Numbered from the stretch's first letter, positions 1 through 10,933 are shown. The stretch is 64,000 bases of DNA from an uncultured Chloroflexia bacterium (GCA_963721545.1 CAVRKB010000009.1:546121-610120); one strand, 5' to 3'. The notes: generated by a model from the sequence alone, not told the origin. Numbers and translations are program-made.

Positions 1-599
1 ACGTGGCGCATGTTGTCGCCGAACCGGGCGACCTTGAGCCGATGGGCCTCGTGCCAGCCGGCCGCCGCCCGCGACCAGGCGCCCAGCCTGGCCAGGACGG
101 CCGGGTCCTGCCAGTGGCCGACGACCGTCTTGCGGCCCCGCCGCAGCCGGGTCTGGATGAACGCGAACTCGCGGTCGCCGTGGGCGGCCTGGTTCAGGTT
201 CATGAAGTCCATGTCGATGTCGGACCAGGGCAGGTCGCGGTTGTACTGGGTGTGGAGGTGGACGAGGGGCTTGCGCAGGTCGGACAGCCCGCCGATCCAC
301 ATCTTGGCCGGGCTGAAGGTGTGCATCCAGGCGACGACGCCGACGCACGTCGGCGACGCGTCGGCCTCGCGCAGGACCGCGGCGATCGCCTCGGGCGTCG
401 TGACGACCGGCCTGGCCACGATCCGGACCGGCACCGCGGCCGCCTCGTCGAGGCAGCGCGCGATGTGGCGGGCGTTCTCGTCGACCCGGTCGAGGACCGC
501 CTCGCCGTACAGGTCCTGGCTGCCGGTCACGAACCAGGCCTCCAGGCCGCCCAGTCCCGTGCCCACGGCCTGGGCCCCTCGCTTCGGCTCGACGGTCAT
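1..599 (-). CDS. araA: L-arabinose isomerase, N-terminal ~199 codons; gene continues beyond the left edge
   Basis: My minus-strand translation from the ATG at 597-599 reads [39 protein letters not shown]. At the window edge it reads ...[14 protein letters not shown]. Both match the conserved AraA N-terminus (E. coli EVWFVIGSQHLYG ... RFGDNMR). The ATG overlaps the TGA of the upstream LacI-type gene (ATGA). The ORF track omits it because it is truncated. Confidence 0.85.
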   Translation of the reverse strand, partial: MTVEPKRGAQAVGTGLGGLEAWFVTGSQDLYGEAVLDRVDENARHIARCLDEAAAVPVRIVARPVVTTPEAIAAVLREADASPTCVGVVAWMHTFSPAKMWIGGLSDLRKPLVHLHTQYNRDLPWSDIDMDFMNLNQAAHGDREFAFIQTRLRRGRKTVVGHWQDPAVLARLGAWSRAAAGWHEAHRLKVARFGDNMRH

Positions 600-1657
600 G
601 AGTCGACCGGGCCGGGACGGCTGCTCTCGCGGACGATCAGCGTCGGCTCGAGCAGGACGCTTCGCACACCGGATGGTGCCAAGACGCCGGCCCGGCCGTT
701 GCCGTCATCGATCAGCTCGCCGATCGTTCGCACGGCCATCGCGCCCGCGTCGCGGACCGGTTGGTGGATCGTCGTCAGGGAGGGCCAGAAGTGGGATCCC
801 TCGGCGATGTTGTCGACGCCGACCACCGACAGGTCGTCCGGCACGGACCGCCCCAGCGTGTGGGCCGCGTGGAGGACGCCGAGCGCCATCTGGTCGTTCG
901 ACGCGAACACGGCGTCAAGGTCCGGGGCCTGGGCGATCAGCCGGTGAAAGGCTCGTTCGCCGCTGTCCGGCGACCAGTCGCCTTCGACGACGAGGCGATC
1001 ATCTGGCTCAAGCCCGCTGGCCTCCAGCGCGACCCGCCAGCCGCGGGCGCGTTCCTTCGCCTCCCACCAGTCGAGGGGTCCGGTGATGAGCCCGACGCGC
1101 CGCGCGCCGCCGGCCAGCAGGTGCTCGGTCGCGATCCGGCCGATCGCGAGGTTGTCGATCGCGATCGTCGGGAAGGCGCTCTGGCCGGTCATGCCGCCGA
1201 CGAGCAGGATCGGGATCGGAAAGTCCGGGCCCATCGTCCGGGACCAAGCGCGGTTCTCGCCGACCTCGGGAATGGCCCAGATGATCCCGTCCACCCGCCG
1301 CGAGTAGAGCGTGTTCAGGAGGCCCTCGACGTCCCCGGCGCTGACGTCGTGGAGAAGGTTGAGCGTGATCGAGTAGTCGGTCTCGGCGGCCTCCTGGTCG
1401 ATGCCGGTCAGGATCCGCGACGGGCCGAAGTACTCGAGGCCGTAGGCGACGACCCCGAGGGTCTGGCTTCGACCCTGGATGAGACCGCGCGCGAGCATGT
1501 TCGGCGAGTAGCCCGTGTCCGCGATCACCCGCTGGACGCGCTCGAACGTCTCCGGCGCGACGTCGGGTCGGTTGTTCAGGACGCGTGAGACCGTCTGCGT
1601 CGAGACGCCGGCCGCGGCCGCAACATCCTTGATCGTCAGGCGGGGGCGAGTGACCAT
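596..1657 (-). CDS. LacI/GalR-family transcriptional regulator (likely arabinose regulon repressor)
   Basis: Corresponds to ORF 596..1708 (-). It has an N-terminal HTH ([27 protein letters not shown]). A periplasmic-binding-fold core follows (...[16 protein letters not shown]...[35 protein letters not shown]...). The start is placed at Met18 (1657), just after AAGGAG. The frame is intact. It sits between araA and a sugar ABC operon. Confidence 0.9.
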   Translation of the reverse strand: MVTRPRLTIKDVAAAAGVSTQTVSRVLNNRPDVAPETFERVQRVIADTGYSPNMLARGLIQGRSQTLGVVAYGLEYFGPSRILTGIDQEAAETDYSITLNLLHDVSAGDVEGLLNTLYSRRVDGIIWAIPEVGENRAWSRTMGPDFPIPILLVGGMTGQSAFPTIAIDNLAIGRIATEHLLAGGARRVGLITGPLDWWEAKERARGWRVALEASGLEPDDRLVVEGDWSPDSGERAFHRLIAQAPDLDAVFASNDQMALGVLHAAHTLGRSVPDDLSVVGVDNIAEGSHFWPSLTTIHQPVRDAGAMAVRTIGELIDDGNGRAGVLAPSGVRSVLLEPTLIVRESSRPGPVDS

Positions 1658-1714
1658 GGCTCCTTGTCTCTCGGTGTGCATGTGAGTGATCTTGACGGGC
1701 CTTGACAACTGGTG

Positions 1715-1752
1715 TTAGCGTTAACGGTAACGGTCCCGTTATCGATAACGGG
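1715..1752. promoter_or_regulatory. Two adjacent LacI-type palindromic operator candidates
   Basis: Read directly from the sequence. CCCGTTATCGATAACGGG (1735-1752) is a perfect 18-bp palindrome. TTAGCGTTAACGGTAA (1715-1730) is a 16-bp palindrome with one mismatched pair, centred on CGTTAACG. Both lie in the divergent region between the LacI-type gene and the ABC-transporter operon. A TTGACA hexamer lies at 1702-1707. Confidence 0.6.
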
Positions 1753-2059
1753 AACGATAACAGACGGATTGCCGGTAACGCAAGGGTGACCTGAAGGAAC
1801 CCGATCGGCAGCAGGTATCACGGGACTGGCGTCCAATCGCTGGAGGCGATCGGGACGATCCAGCCGCCAACGCGGTCAGGCAGGAGCCAACCGCGCACGG
1901 AGGAGGTGGCACCGTCATCACGTCCGAGCGAACCTGACCCATTCCCGCAGTCCTAGCGACATTCCGACCGCGCCGGGCCTCCGCGTTACCATTCGGACCG
2001 CTGCCCGGCAAACAGGCGAACCGACTCGCAATGTTAGGAAGCGACCTGGAGGGCAGCTG

Positions 2060-3101
2060 ATGTCACCGACGAGATTGATTCCCCGGCTTGCGGCCGGCCT
2101 TGTGGTCCTGGCCACGGTCGCTGCATGTTCGTCGCCTGGCGGCGCTTCGCAGAGCGCGGCCGCACCGTCCGCCGCGCCGCCGTCAGCACCCGCCGCCAGC
2201 GAGGCGGGCGCGTTGACGTATGAGGACCTGACCGTCGGGTTCATCCAGACCGGCTCCGAGGGTGGCTGGCGCGCCGCCAACACCGCGTCGTTCAAGGACA
2301 CCGCCGAGGAGCTCGGCATCAACCTCAAGTTCTACGACGCCCAGAACAAGATGGAGAACCAGCTCTCGGCGTTCCGCAACTTCATCGCCGACGATGAGGT
2401 CGACGTCATCATCCTCGCCGCCCTCGAGGCAGCGGGCTGGGACGCCGTTCTGCAGGAAGCCAAGGATGCCGGCAAGACCGTCGTCCTCGAGGACCGCCGG
2501 ATCGACGCGCCCGAAGACCTCTACGCCACCTACATCGGCTCCGACTTCACCGCTCGAAGGCCGCAAGGCGGCGGATCGAGATGTGCGTGCTGCTCGGGCG
2601 AGGGCCCGCACGTCGTGTGGGAGCTGGTCGGCAACGTCGGGTCGTCGGCCGCCATCGATCGCGGCAAGGGCTTCCGCGAGAACATGGGAGCCTGCGACAT
2701 CACGATCCCCGATGAGTTCACGCAGACCGGTGACTGGAGCGCCACGAAGGGCAAGGAGGTCACCCAGGCCTTCCTCCAGAAGAGCACCGACGTCGACGGG
2801 CATCTTTGCCCAGAACGACGAGATGGGCCTCGGCGCGATCCAGGCCCTCGAAGAGGCCGGGCTCAAGCCGGCCGAGGACGTGAAGCTCATCACCGTCGAC
2901 GCCACCAAGGGTGCCTTCGAGGCGATGATCGCCGGCAAGATCAACACGGTCGTCGAGTGCAACCCGCTCCTCGCACCGCAGGTCTACGAGGCAGCCCTCA
3001 AGGCCGCCAACGGCGAGACCCTCCCGAAGTGGGTGCCCTCGAACGAGAGCGTCTTCTACCAGGAGGACGCGGCCGAGATCCTGCCGGAGCGAACCTACTA
3101 G
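2060..3101 (+). CDS. Sugar ABC transporter substrate-binding lipoprotein (YtfQ-like); frame-disrupted as sequenced
   Basis: It has a signal peptide and lipobox (LVVLATVAAC|SS). The N-terminal part is in the frame of ORF 2060..3340 (TVGFIQTGSEGGWRAANTASFKDTAEELGINLKFYDAQN...ELVGNVGSSAAIDRGKGFREN). The C-terminal part is in the frame of ORF 2262..3101 (GIFAQNDEMGLGAIQALEEAGL...NPLLAPQVYEAALKAANGETLPKW). At least 3 frame changes occur, near 2550-2610 and near 2800. Confidence 0.85.
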
Positions 3102-3120
3102 GCATCTCTCCTCCTCCGCC

Positions 3121-3157
3121 ATCGGGAAGCGGCGCTACCCCAGCGTCGCTTCCCGAT
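3121..3157 (+). terminator. Intercistronic stem-loop after the binding-protein gene (possible partial terminator or mRNA stabiliser)
   Basis: ATCGGGAAGCGGCGCT-ACCCC-AGCGTCGCTTCCCGAT forms a 16-bp stem (one G-U pair) with a 5-nt loop. It lies 20 nt after the SBP stop and upstream of the ATPase gene. Confidence 0.5.
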
Positions 3158-3191
3158 CGGTCCATCCAGCAGACGTCATCATGGGTACGCC

Positions 3192-4724
3192 GTGGCCGAC
3201 ATGACGCCGCTCCTGTCCATGCACCGCATCGACAAGGCGTTCCCCGGCGTCCAGGCACTCGAAGGCGTGGACTTCGAGCTCGCGTCCCGGCGAGATCCAC
3301 GCCCTCGTCGGCGAGAACGGCGCCGGCAAGTCGACGCTGATCAAGGTCCTGACCGGCGTCGAGCAGCCCGACCAGGGCACGATCGAGTTCGACGGTCAGG
3401 ACGTCCAGGTCCGCTCGCCGCAGCACGCCCAGTCGCTGGGCATCAGCACGGTCTACCAGGAAGTCAATCTCTGCCCGAACCTGTCGGTCGCCGAGAACAT
3501 CCTGATCGGGCGCGAGCCCAGGACGTGGGGCCGGATCAACCACCCGCGCCATGGACCGTCGGGCACGCGAGCTCCTCCGCGGACTCGACATCGACGTCGA
3601 CGTCACCCAGCCGCTTGGGTCGTACTCGGTCGCGATCCAGCAGATGGCGGCGATCGCCCGGGCGCTCGAGAGTCGCCTCGGCGCGGGTCCTGATCCTCGA
3701 CGAGCCGACGTCCAGCCTCGACGCCCACGAGACCGACCAGCTCTTCCGCGTGATGCGCAAGCTCCGGTCCGAGGGCCGGTCGATCGTCTTCATCACCCAC
3801 TTCCTCGACCAGGTCTACGCGGTCGCGGACCGGATCACGGTCCTGCGCAACGGCCGGCTCGTCGGGACCTATCCGACCGCCGCGCTGCCCCGCCTCGACC
3901 TGATCGCGAAGATGCTCGGCCGAAACCTCACCGAGCTCGACGACATGACCCGGATCAAGCTCGCCACCAAGCCGGACGAGGCGGGCGAGGTCCGGCTCGT
4001 CGGCGCAGCAGCTCGGCCGGGACGGCTCGATCGAGCCGTTCGACCTGGAGCTGCGAGCCGGCGAGGTCGTCGGGCTGGCCGGCCTGCTCGGCTCGGGACG
4101 GACCGAGATGGCGTCGCTGCTGTTCGGCGTCGAGAAGCCCGACACCGGCACGCTCACGGTCGAAGGGACAGCCCGTGACCAGCTACTCGCCGCTCGCCTC
4201 GATCGGCCGCGGCGTCGCGCTCTGCCCGGAGGACCGCAAGGCCGAGGGCATCGTCGAGGACCTGACGGTCCGCGAGAACATCGTCCTTGCCGTCCAGGCC
4301 GGTCGCGGCTGGCGTCACCACCTGAGCCTCGCCGAGCAGTACGAGATCGCCGATCGGTACATCGAGCTGCTCCGGATCGCGACGCCGTCGCCCGACCAGC
4401 CCGTCCGGACGCTGAGCGGCGGCAACCAGCAGAAGGTGATCCTCGCCCGCTGGCTCGCGACGAACCCGCAGATCCTGATCCTGGACGAGCCGACGCGCGG
4501 CATCGACATCGGTGCCAAGGCCGAGGTCCAGCGGCTCGTGCTGGCCCTGGCCGAGGAAGGCCGGTCGTGCGTCTTCATCTCGTCCGAGCTCGACGAGGTC
4601 CTCCGGACGAGCCACCGCATCGTCGTCCTCCGTGACCAGGCCAAGGTCAACGAGTTCGACGGCGAGGTCGACGAGCACCGACTGATGCAGGCGATCGCCG
4701 GGGTCGGAGCATGGCCCGGAGTAG
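3192..4724 (+). CDS. Sugar ABC transporter ATP-binding protein with two ATPase domains (YtfR/RbsA-like); frame-disrupted
   Basis: The N-terminus reads [21 protein letters not shown]. My translation near 3290-3340 gives Walker A ([21 protein letters not shown]). The first Walker B is [14 protein letters not shown]. The second half contains [36 protein letters not shown]. Segments are spread over ORFs 3192.., 3551.. and 4108.., with at least 5 frame changes. The 3' end is approximate. Confidence 0.85.
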
Positions 4725-5790
4725 CCGCACGACGCTCCGGCGCCGCTTCGCGGAGAGCCGGCTCGTCTTCCCGCTCGGCGGCGCTCGGCGTCATCCTCCT
4801 GTTCGACCTGATCTTCGAGCCCGGGTTCTTCAGCCTCCAGATCATCGACGGCCACCTGTACGGCAGCATCGTCGACGTCCTGCGGAACGGCGTCCCGGTC
4901 ATGCTCCTCGCGATCGGCATGACGCTGGTGATCGCGACCGGCGGCATCGACCTGTCGGTTGGCGCGGTGATGGCGATCTCGGCGTCGGTCGCGACGCTGC
5001 TGATCAACCCGGATCTGCGGGCGTTCATCACCGATCCGAGCTACTCCGTGACGCCGCTGCCGCTGGTGCTCGTCGATCACGCTGCTCGTCGGCGATCCTG
5101 TGCGGGCTCTGGAACGGGATGCTGGTCGCCTTCGCGCGGCATCCAGCCGATGGTCGCCACGCTGATCCTGATGATCGCCGGGCCGCGGCATCGCCCAGCT
5201 GCTCACGAACGGCGTCCGGATCCAGATCTTCTACGAGCCGTACGCGTTCATCGGCAACGGCTGGGTCTTCCTGCCGTTCTCGCTGTGCGATCGTGCGTCG
5301 TGTTCTTCGCGCTCGCCTGGACCGTGACCCGCGATGACGTCGCTCGGGATGTTCATCGAGTCCGTCGGCATCAACGCCCGATCGAGCTTCTACAGCGGCA
5401 TCAACGAGAAGCGGGTCAAGCTCTTCGTCTACATGTTCTGCGGCTTCTGCGCCGGCGATGGCGGGCGTCGTCGCCAGCGCCAACATCCGGACGTCGGACG
5501 CCAACGAGATCGGCCTGAACTACGAGCTCGACGCGATCCTCGCGGTCGTGATCGGCGGCACCCTGCTCGACTGGCGGTCGCTTCTCGCTCCTGGCCAGCA
5601 TCCTCGGCGCGATCGTCATGCAGGCGATCACCACGTCGATGTACGCCCTCGGCGTGCCGGCGAACGCCCTGCTCGCGGTCAAGGGCGTCGTCGTCATCGT
5701 CGTGATCGTGCTGCTGTCCGGCCAGGTCCGCGACAACGTCGCGGCGGCTCGTCGCCCAGCGGCCGAGGGCGGCCCGGACGTGACGGCGAT
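4711..5790 (+). CDS. Sugar ABC transporter permease (YtfT-like); frame-disrupted
   Basis: Hydrophobic segments are typical of ribose-type permeases. Examples are LGVILLFDLIFEPGFF...VPVMLLAIGMTLVIATGGIDLSVGAVMAISASVATLL, MFIESVGINARSSFYSGINEKRVKLFVYMFCGFCAG and NEIGLNYELDAILAVVIGGTLL. The pieces lie in ORFs 3551.., 4711.., 5334.., 5458.. and 5618... The 3' end is not resolved. Confidence 0.75.
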
Positions 5791-6826
5791 CAGCGCGCGC
5801 CTCGCCAGGAACCGCAGGTTCGCGCCGCTCGCGGCGACGATCCTCCTGTTCTGTCTCGCCTACGCGTACGGCGCCTTCGCGTACGACGGCGATGCGGGAT
5901 CCGCAGGTCTTCCTCAACCTGTTCCGCGCCTGCGCCGTTCCTGCTGATCAGCGCGATCGGCATGACGTTCGTGATCCTGTCCGGCGGGATCGACCTGTCG
6001 GTCGGCGGCGTCATCGCACTGACGACCGTCGCCTCTGCCGCGCTGCTGCGCGGCGGCACGGACCCGTGGCAGGTGATGCTGCTGATGCTCGTCATGGGCA
6101 CGCTGATCGGCGCCTCGATGGGCTTCCTGATCACGTTCCTCAAGGTCCAGCCGTTCATCGCCACGCTGGCCGGCCTGTGGATCGCCCGCGGCCTGTGCTT
6201 CTGGATCAGCGACAACGCGATCCCGATCGACAACCGCGTCTACGAGGTCCTCGGCGCAGACGAAGATCCTGATCCCCGGCCTGGCCGATCCGGTGACGAA
6301 GCAGGGCGAGTTCATCTCGATCCTCGTCGTGCTCGAGCTCGTCGTCGTCGTCATCGCGATCTTCATCGCCCACTTCACCCGGTTCGGGCGGACGGTCTAC
6401 GCGATCGGCGGCAGCGAGCAGTCCGCCCGGCTGATGGGCCTCCGGGTCAACCGGACCAAGATGCTGGTCTACACGCTCAACGGCTTCTGCTCGGCCCTGG
6501 CCGGGATCGCGCTGAGCATCTACGTCTCCTCCGGCCACGGGCTGTACGCCATCGGCCTGGAGCTCACGGTCATCGGCGCGGTCGTGATCGGCGGGACACT
6601 GCTGACGGGCGGCGTCGGGTACGTGATCGGGACGGTGTTCGGCGTCCTGATCATCGGCCTGATCCAGACGCTCATCCAGTTCAACGGCCAGATCAGCTCG
6701 TGGTGGACGCCGATCGTCGTGGCCGGGCTGACCCTCGCCTTCATCCTCGTCCAGAGCGCGCTCGCGGTGCAGAAGCGCCGGCAGATCGGCCGGCCAGCGT
6801 TCGCTCGCGCGGACGAAGGCAGGTGA
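5780..6826 (+). CDS. Second sugar ABC transporter permease (YjfF-like); frame-disrupted
   Basis: It starts at a GTG at 5780 (VTAISARLARNRRFAPLAATILLFCLAYAYG). It continues LLISAIGMTFVILSGGIDLSVGGVIALTTVASAALL...FIATLAGLWIARGLCFWIS in the frame of ORF 5458... The tail is ORF 6293..6826 (RFGRTVYAIGGSEQSARLMGLRVNRTKMLVYTLNGFCSALAGI...). Confidence 0.8.
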
Positions 6827-6844
6827 TCCGCAGGAGGGGATCGC

Positions 6845-7780
6845 GTGATGGGCGGGTCCTCCCGCCTGGCCGCGGCACTCGCTGCATCGCTCGCCGTCGC
6901 CCTGCTGCTCGCGGCGTGTGACTACGTCGTCGTGCCGCCCGACGAGGGCGGCCCGGTCGGCGGCGGATCGGCCGGCTGGAGCGCGGTCCCGATCGCCATC
7001 GGCCCGTCCGACGACGGCGGGACGCGGATCGACCTGGCGATTCGCAACGACACCGGCGACTGGAGCGCGATGGCGGCTGCCGACGGGCCCGCCGTCCTGC
7101 GCGCCGGCGACGGCTCGACGACGGAGTGCTCAACGGTCGACGTGGGCTCGGGCGGCCATCGCCTCGCCCCGGGCTTCCAGATGCGGGGATTCATGGGCGG
7201 GAAGAAGGCAGAGCCGGAGCTCGTACAGGTCGGCGTCGAGTGCGACGTCGCCGAGATCGCGGCCGGCTCGACGCTCGGCCTCGACTACTCGTACGTGGTC
7301 GGGGAGTTCAACTACTACGACCCGGACGCGACCCGGTCCGACGGGACGATGGACGTTCCCCTCGATACGATCGCGAGCGATCTCGTGTTTCCCGTCGGCC
7401 AACCCGTCGAAGGCCTCGTGCAGCCTGCCGACGTCGAGATCACCGCGATCAACGACGTCCTGCTCAGCCTGAAGGGCATGACGCGGACGGATGAGGGCAT
7501 GGAGTTCGCCTGGGAGACGTCGAACCCCGGCGAGTACCCGTCCTTCGTGCACATCGGCAACCCGCCGGTCATCGGCAACGATGGGATCATCTATGGCTAC
7601 TACGAGAGCCCGGACCTGGCGACTGTGCCCATGACGCCGGCGGGCGAGAAGGTCGAGTGGACGACCGCGACGGCCGTCCCCGACGGGGTGGAAGGCCTGA
7701 TGATGCTCCTGAGCGTCGAGTCGAAGAAGCAACGCCTGTTCGTGAACTACGCGCTCGATCTCGCCGGAGCCGCGTCGTGA
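6845..7780 (+). CDS. Hypothetical lipoprotein, 311 aa, intact
   Basis: Corresponds to ORF 6845..7780. It has a signal peptide and lipobox (LAVALLLAAC|D). I recognise no family. Its TGA (7778-7780) overlaps the GTG start of araD (GTGA), which implies translational coupling inside the arabinose operon. Confidence 0.7.
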   Translation: MMGGSSRLAAALAASLAVALLLAACDYVVVPPDEGGPVGGGSAGWSAVPIAIGPSDDGGTRIDLAIRNDTGDWSAMAAADGPAVLRAGDGSTTECSTVDVGSGGHRLAPGFQMRGFMGGKKAEPELVQVGVECDVAEIAAGSTLGLDYSYVVGEFNYYDPDATRSDGTMDVPLDTIASDLVFPVGQPVEGLVQPADVEITAINDVLLSLKGMTRTDEGMEFAWETSNPGEYPSFVHIGNPPVIGNDGIIYGYYESPDLATVPMTPAGEKVEWTTATAVPDGVEGLMMLLSVESKKQRLFVNYALDLAGAAS

Positions 7781-8514
7781 GCCTCGCAGCACTCCGTGAT
7801 CAGGTCGCCGCCGCCAACCGCGCGGTCGATGCGGCAGGGCTCGTGACGCTCGCGTTCGGCAACGTCTCGGGCGTCGATCGCGATGCCGGCGTGCTCGTCA
7901 TCAAGCCGAGTGGCGTGCCGTGCGCGGACGTCCGCGCGGAGGACCTCGTCGCCGTCGCGCTGGACGACGGCCGCGTCGTCGAGGGCTCGCTCCGGCCGTC
8001 GAGCGACACGCCGACCCACCGCCTGCTGTACCTGGAGTTCCCGGACATCGGCGGCGTCGTCCACACCCATTCGACGTCGGCCTCGGCATGGGCCCAGGCC
8101 GGCCGGCCGATCCCCGCATTCGGGACGACCCACGCCGACTACTTCCGGGGACCGGTCCTCGTGAGCCGGCACCTGTCGCGGGCCGAGATCGAGGGCGACT
8201 ACGAGTGGGAGACCGGCCGCGTCGTCGTCGAGACCGTCCGCGAGCACGACCGGACGGCCGAGGATTCGCCGGCGGTGCTGGTCCGCTCGCACGGCCCGTT
8301 CGCATGGGGCGGGACCCCGGCCGCTGCGGTCGAGGCGGCCGTCGCCCTCGAGGAGATCGCGACGATGGCGTGGCGGACGCTCGGGATCGATCCGTCGTCA
8401 CCCGCGATCGCCCAGGAGCTGCTGCACCGCCACTTCGATCGGAAGCACGGGGCGTCGGCGTACTACGGGCAGGCCGGTCGGGGCCGCGCGGACCCGGTGG
8501 AGACGCCGCGATGA
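7777..8514 (+). CDS. araD: L-ribulose-5-phosphate 4-epimerase
   Basis: The sequence VSLAALRDQVAAANRAVDAAGLVTLAFGNVSGVDRDAGVLVIKPSGV...PSSDTPTHRLLYLEFPDIGGVVHTHSTSASAWAQAG...GTTHADYF shows the class II aldolase/AraD motifs. The frame is intact. The GTG start overlaps the upstream stop, and the stop overlaps the araB ATG (ATGA at 8511-8514). Confidence 0.9.
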   Translation: MSLAALRDQVAAANRAVDAAGLVTLAFGNVSGVDRDAGVLVIKPSGVPCADVRAEDLVAVALDDGRVVEGSLRPSSDTPTHRLLYLEFPDIGGVVHTHSTSASAWAQAGRPIPAFGTTHADYFRGPVLVSRHLSRAEIEGDYEWETGRVVVETVREHDRTAEDSPAVLVRSHGPFAWGGTPAAAVEAAVALEEIATMAWRTLGIDPSSPAIAQELLHRHFDRKHGASAYYGQAGRGRADPVETPR

Positions 8515-10206
8515 GCTACGCGATCGGACTCGACTTCGGGACCGAGTCGGGGCGAGCCGTCCTCGTCGACCTCGCGACCGGCGCTGAGCTGGCGACCGCG
8601 ATCCACGAGTACGCGAACGGCGTCATCGATCGCCGGCTGCCGAGCCCGGACGACGACGTCGTCCTCGAGCCCGACTGGGCGCTCCAGGATCCAGACGACT
8701 ATCTCGCCACGATCCGCTCGACGGTGCCGCGGCTGCTGTCGCAGACCGGCATCGACCGGGCCGAGGTCATCGGCATCGGCATCGACTTCACGGCGTGCAC
8801 GATGCTCCCGACGACCGCCGACGGCACCCCGCTCAGCCGCCTGCCCGAGTTCCGCCGCGAACCGCACGCCTGGGTCAAGCTCTGGAAGCACCACGCCGCC
8901 CAGCCCGAGGCGGACCGGATCAACGAGACGGCCGCCGAGCGCGGCGAGTCGTGGCTGCCTCGCTACGGCGGCCGGATCTCGTCCGAGTGGTTCTACTCGA
9001 AGGGCCTCCAGATCCTCGATGAGGCACCGCACATCTACGCGGCCGCGGACCGCCTGATCGAGGCCGCCGACTGGGTCATCTGGCAGCTGACCGGCGCGGA
9101 GACGCGCAACTCGTGCACCGCCGGCTACAAGGCGATCTGGTCGAAGGCAGGACGGGTTCCCGTCGGCGTCGTACTTCGGCGCGCTCGACCCGGGCTTCGC
9201 GTCGGTCGTCGACGACAAGATGTCGCGCGACGTCCAGTCGATCGGCGAGCGCGCCGGCGAGCTCTCCGCGGAGGCGGCCGGATGGATGGGCCTCCGGCCG
9301 GGCATCGCAGTCGCGATCGCGAACGTCGACGCCCACGTCTCGGTCCCTGCGGTCGGCGTCATCGAGCCCGGCACGATGGTCGCGGTCATGGGCACGAGCA
9401 CCTGCCACATGGTCCTCGGCTCGCAGCTGGTCGTCGCCGAGGGGATGTGCGGCGTCGTCGAGGACGGGATCATCCCGGGCTACTTCGGCTACGAGGCGGG
9501 CCAGTCGGCGGTCGGCGACATCTTCGCGTGGTTCACGAAGCAGGCCGTCCCGCCCGAGGTCCACGAGCGGGCCCGCCGCGACGGTGTCGACGTCCATACC
9601 GTCCTGGCTCGCGACGCCGCGCGGCTTCGACCGGGCGAAAACGGGCTGCTCGCCCTCGACTGGTGGAACGGCAATCGCTCGATCCTCGTCGACGTCGAGC
9701 TCAGCGGCCTGCTCGTCGGCGCGACGCTGGCGACGCAGCCGGCCGACATCTACCGGGCGCTGCTCGAGTCGACGGCATTCGGGACGCGGGCGATCATCGA
9801 GTCGCTGGAATCGGCGGGTGTCGGCGTCGACCGGGTCGTCGCCTGCGGCGGGCTGCCGGAACGGAACGAGCTGCTGATGCAGCTCTCGGCCGACATCACC
9901 GGCCGCGAGTTCGAGGTCGCGGCGTCGGCCCAGGCGCCGGCCCTGGGCTCGGCGATGTACGGCGCGGTTGCCGCGGGCGCCGCGGCCGGCGGCTACGACT
10001 CGATCGCCGACGCCGCGGCGGCGATGGTCAAGCCGAGCGTCCGGACGTACCGCCCGGATCCATCGGCCCGGGCGGTGTACGACGCGCTCTACCGCGACTA
10101 CCTGGCCCTGCACGACCACTTCGGCCGCGGCGGCGACGACGTGATGCGACGGCTCCGCGCGCTGCGGGCGGGCGCGGCCCGCGAGGCGTCGGCGCCCGTC
10201 GCGTAG
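8511..10206 (+). CDS. araB: Ribulokinase; one frame change near 9147-9150
   Basis: The N-terminal part reads MSYAIGLDFGTESGRAVLVDLATG...DFTACTMLPTTADGTPL...HAWVKLWKHHAAQPEADRINE...GRISSEWFYSKGLQILDE...NSCTAGYKAIWSK. After one extra base at 9147-9150 it continues DGFPSASYFGALDPGFASVVDDKMSRDVQSIGERAGELS...VMGTSTCHMVLG... in ORF 9220..10206. This is an FGGY kinase of the AraB type. Confidence 0.9.
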
Positions 10207-10263
10207 CTCGAACGGTGCGGTCCTCAGCGACAGACCGTGGCGCGCCGTGAGCAGAATGTCGCG

Positions 10264-10581
10264 ATGGACGAGTTCGACGCGCTGATCGCGGCGCTCGCCG
10301 GTCGCGAGGGCGTCACCGTCGGCGGCGGTCGCGGATTCGGCTCGAATGCCCTGCAGGTCGATGGCCGGATCTTCGCGATGTCGAACGAGGCCGGCCTGGT
10401 CCTCAAGCTCCCACGCGACCGCGTCGCGGCGTTGCTGGCATCGGGAGACGGGCTGCCGTTCGACGCCGGCAAGGGCCGGCCGATGAAGGAGTGGGTCATC
10501 GTCCCGTGGCGATCCCGCGACGCGTCGCGGAACCTCGCAGAGGAGGCGCTCGCCTTCGTCGGCGCCCCGACGGGCCGTTGA
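10264..10581 (+). CDS. TfoX N-terminal-domain-like protein
   Basis: Corresponds to ORF 10237..10581. The sequence MDEFDALIAALAGREGVTVGGGRGFGSNALQVDGRIFAMSNEAGLVLKLPRDRVAALL...WVIVPW fits the TfoX_N pattern (FG..al.v.g.iFa....d.L.lKl). The start may be 10237 or 10264. Confidence 0.6.
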   Translation: MDEFDALIAALAGREGVTVGGGRGFGSNALQVDGRIFAMSNEAGLVLKLPRDRVAALLASGDGLPFDAGKGRPMKEWVIVPWRSRDASRNLAEEALAFVGAPTGR

Positions 10582-10922
10582 GCGCGAGCCCGCCGCTGAT
10601 CGAGCGCGTCCGAGCCGGGCTCGCCGACCGCGCCGACGTCGCGGAGAAGCGCATGGTGGGTGGCCGATCGTTCGTCGTCGGCGGTCACCTCTGCCTCGGC
10701 GTCAGCGGCGATGCGCTCATGGTCCGGGTCGGGCCGGAGGCGTACGAACGAGCCCTGACCGAGCCCGATGTCAGGCCGTTGACGCTCGGCGCGAAGCACC
10801 CGATGGGTTACATCCTGGTCGATCCGCCCGGGGTCCGGAACGAAGCCGACCTCGCCCGATGGATCGGGCGAGGTCTTGACTTCGTGGCGACGCTTCCGGC
10901 AGCCAAGCGGCCTGCAGGGTAG
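10578..10922 (+). CDS. Second TfoX N-terminal-domain-like protein
   Basis: Lies in the frame of ORF 10491..10922. A TTG start at 10578 overlaps the upstream TGA (TTGA). The sequence LIERVRAGLADRADVAEKRMVGGRSFVVGGHLCLGVSGDALMVRVGPEAYERAL...GYILVDPPGV has the same fold signature as the preceding gene. Confidence 0.6.
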   Translation: MSASPPLIERVRAGLADRADVAEKRMVGGRSFVVGGHLCLGVSGDALMVRVGPEAYERALTEPDVRPLTLGAKHPMGYILVDPPGVRNEADLARWIGRGLDFVATLPAAKRPAG

Positions 10923-10933
10923 CTGCTGCCGGC

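Noticed and set aside
7920-10250. 776-aa + strand ORF as an extended ribulokinase
   Set aside because: Its first ~197 codons are an out-of-frame overlap of araD. The real araB starts at the ATG at 8511 (MSYAIGLDFG). After about 9150 this frame is wrong, and the true continuation is ORF 9220..10206.
10224-10933. 3' two thirds of the 365-aa minus-strand ORF 10224..11321
   Set aside because: Only the first ~115 codons (the VOC domain) are real. After a single-base insertion the frame runs antisense through the two TfoX_N-like genes. The corrected VOC gene stops at 10934.
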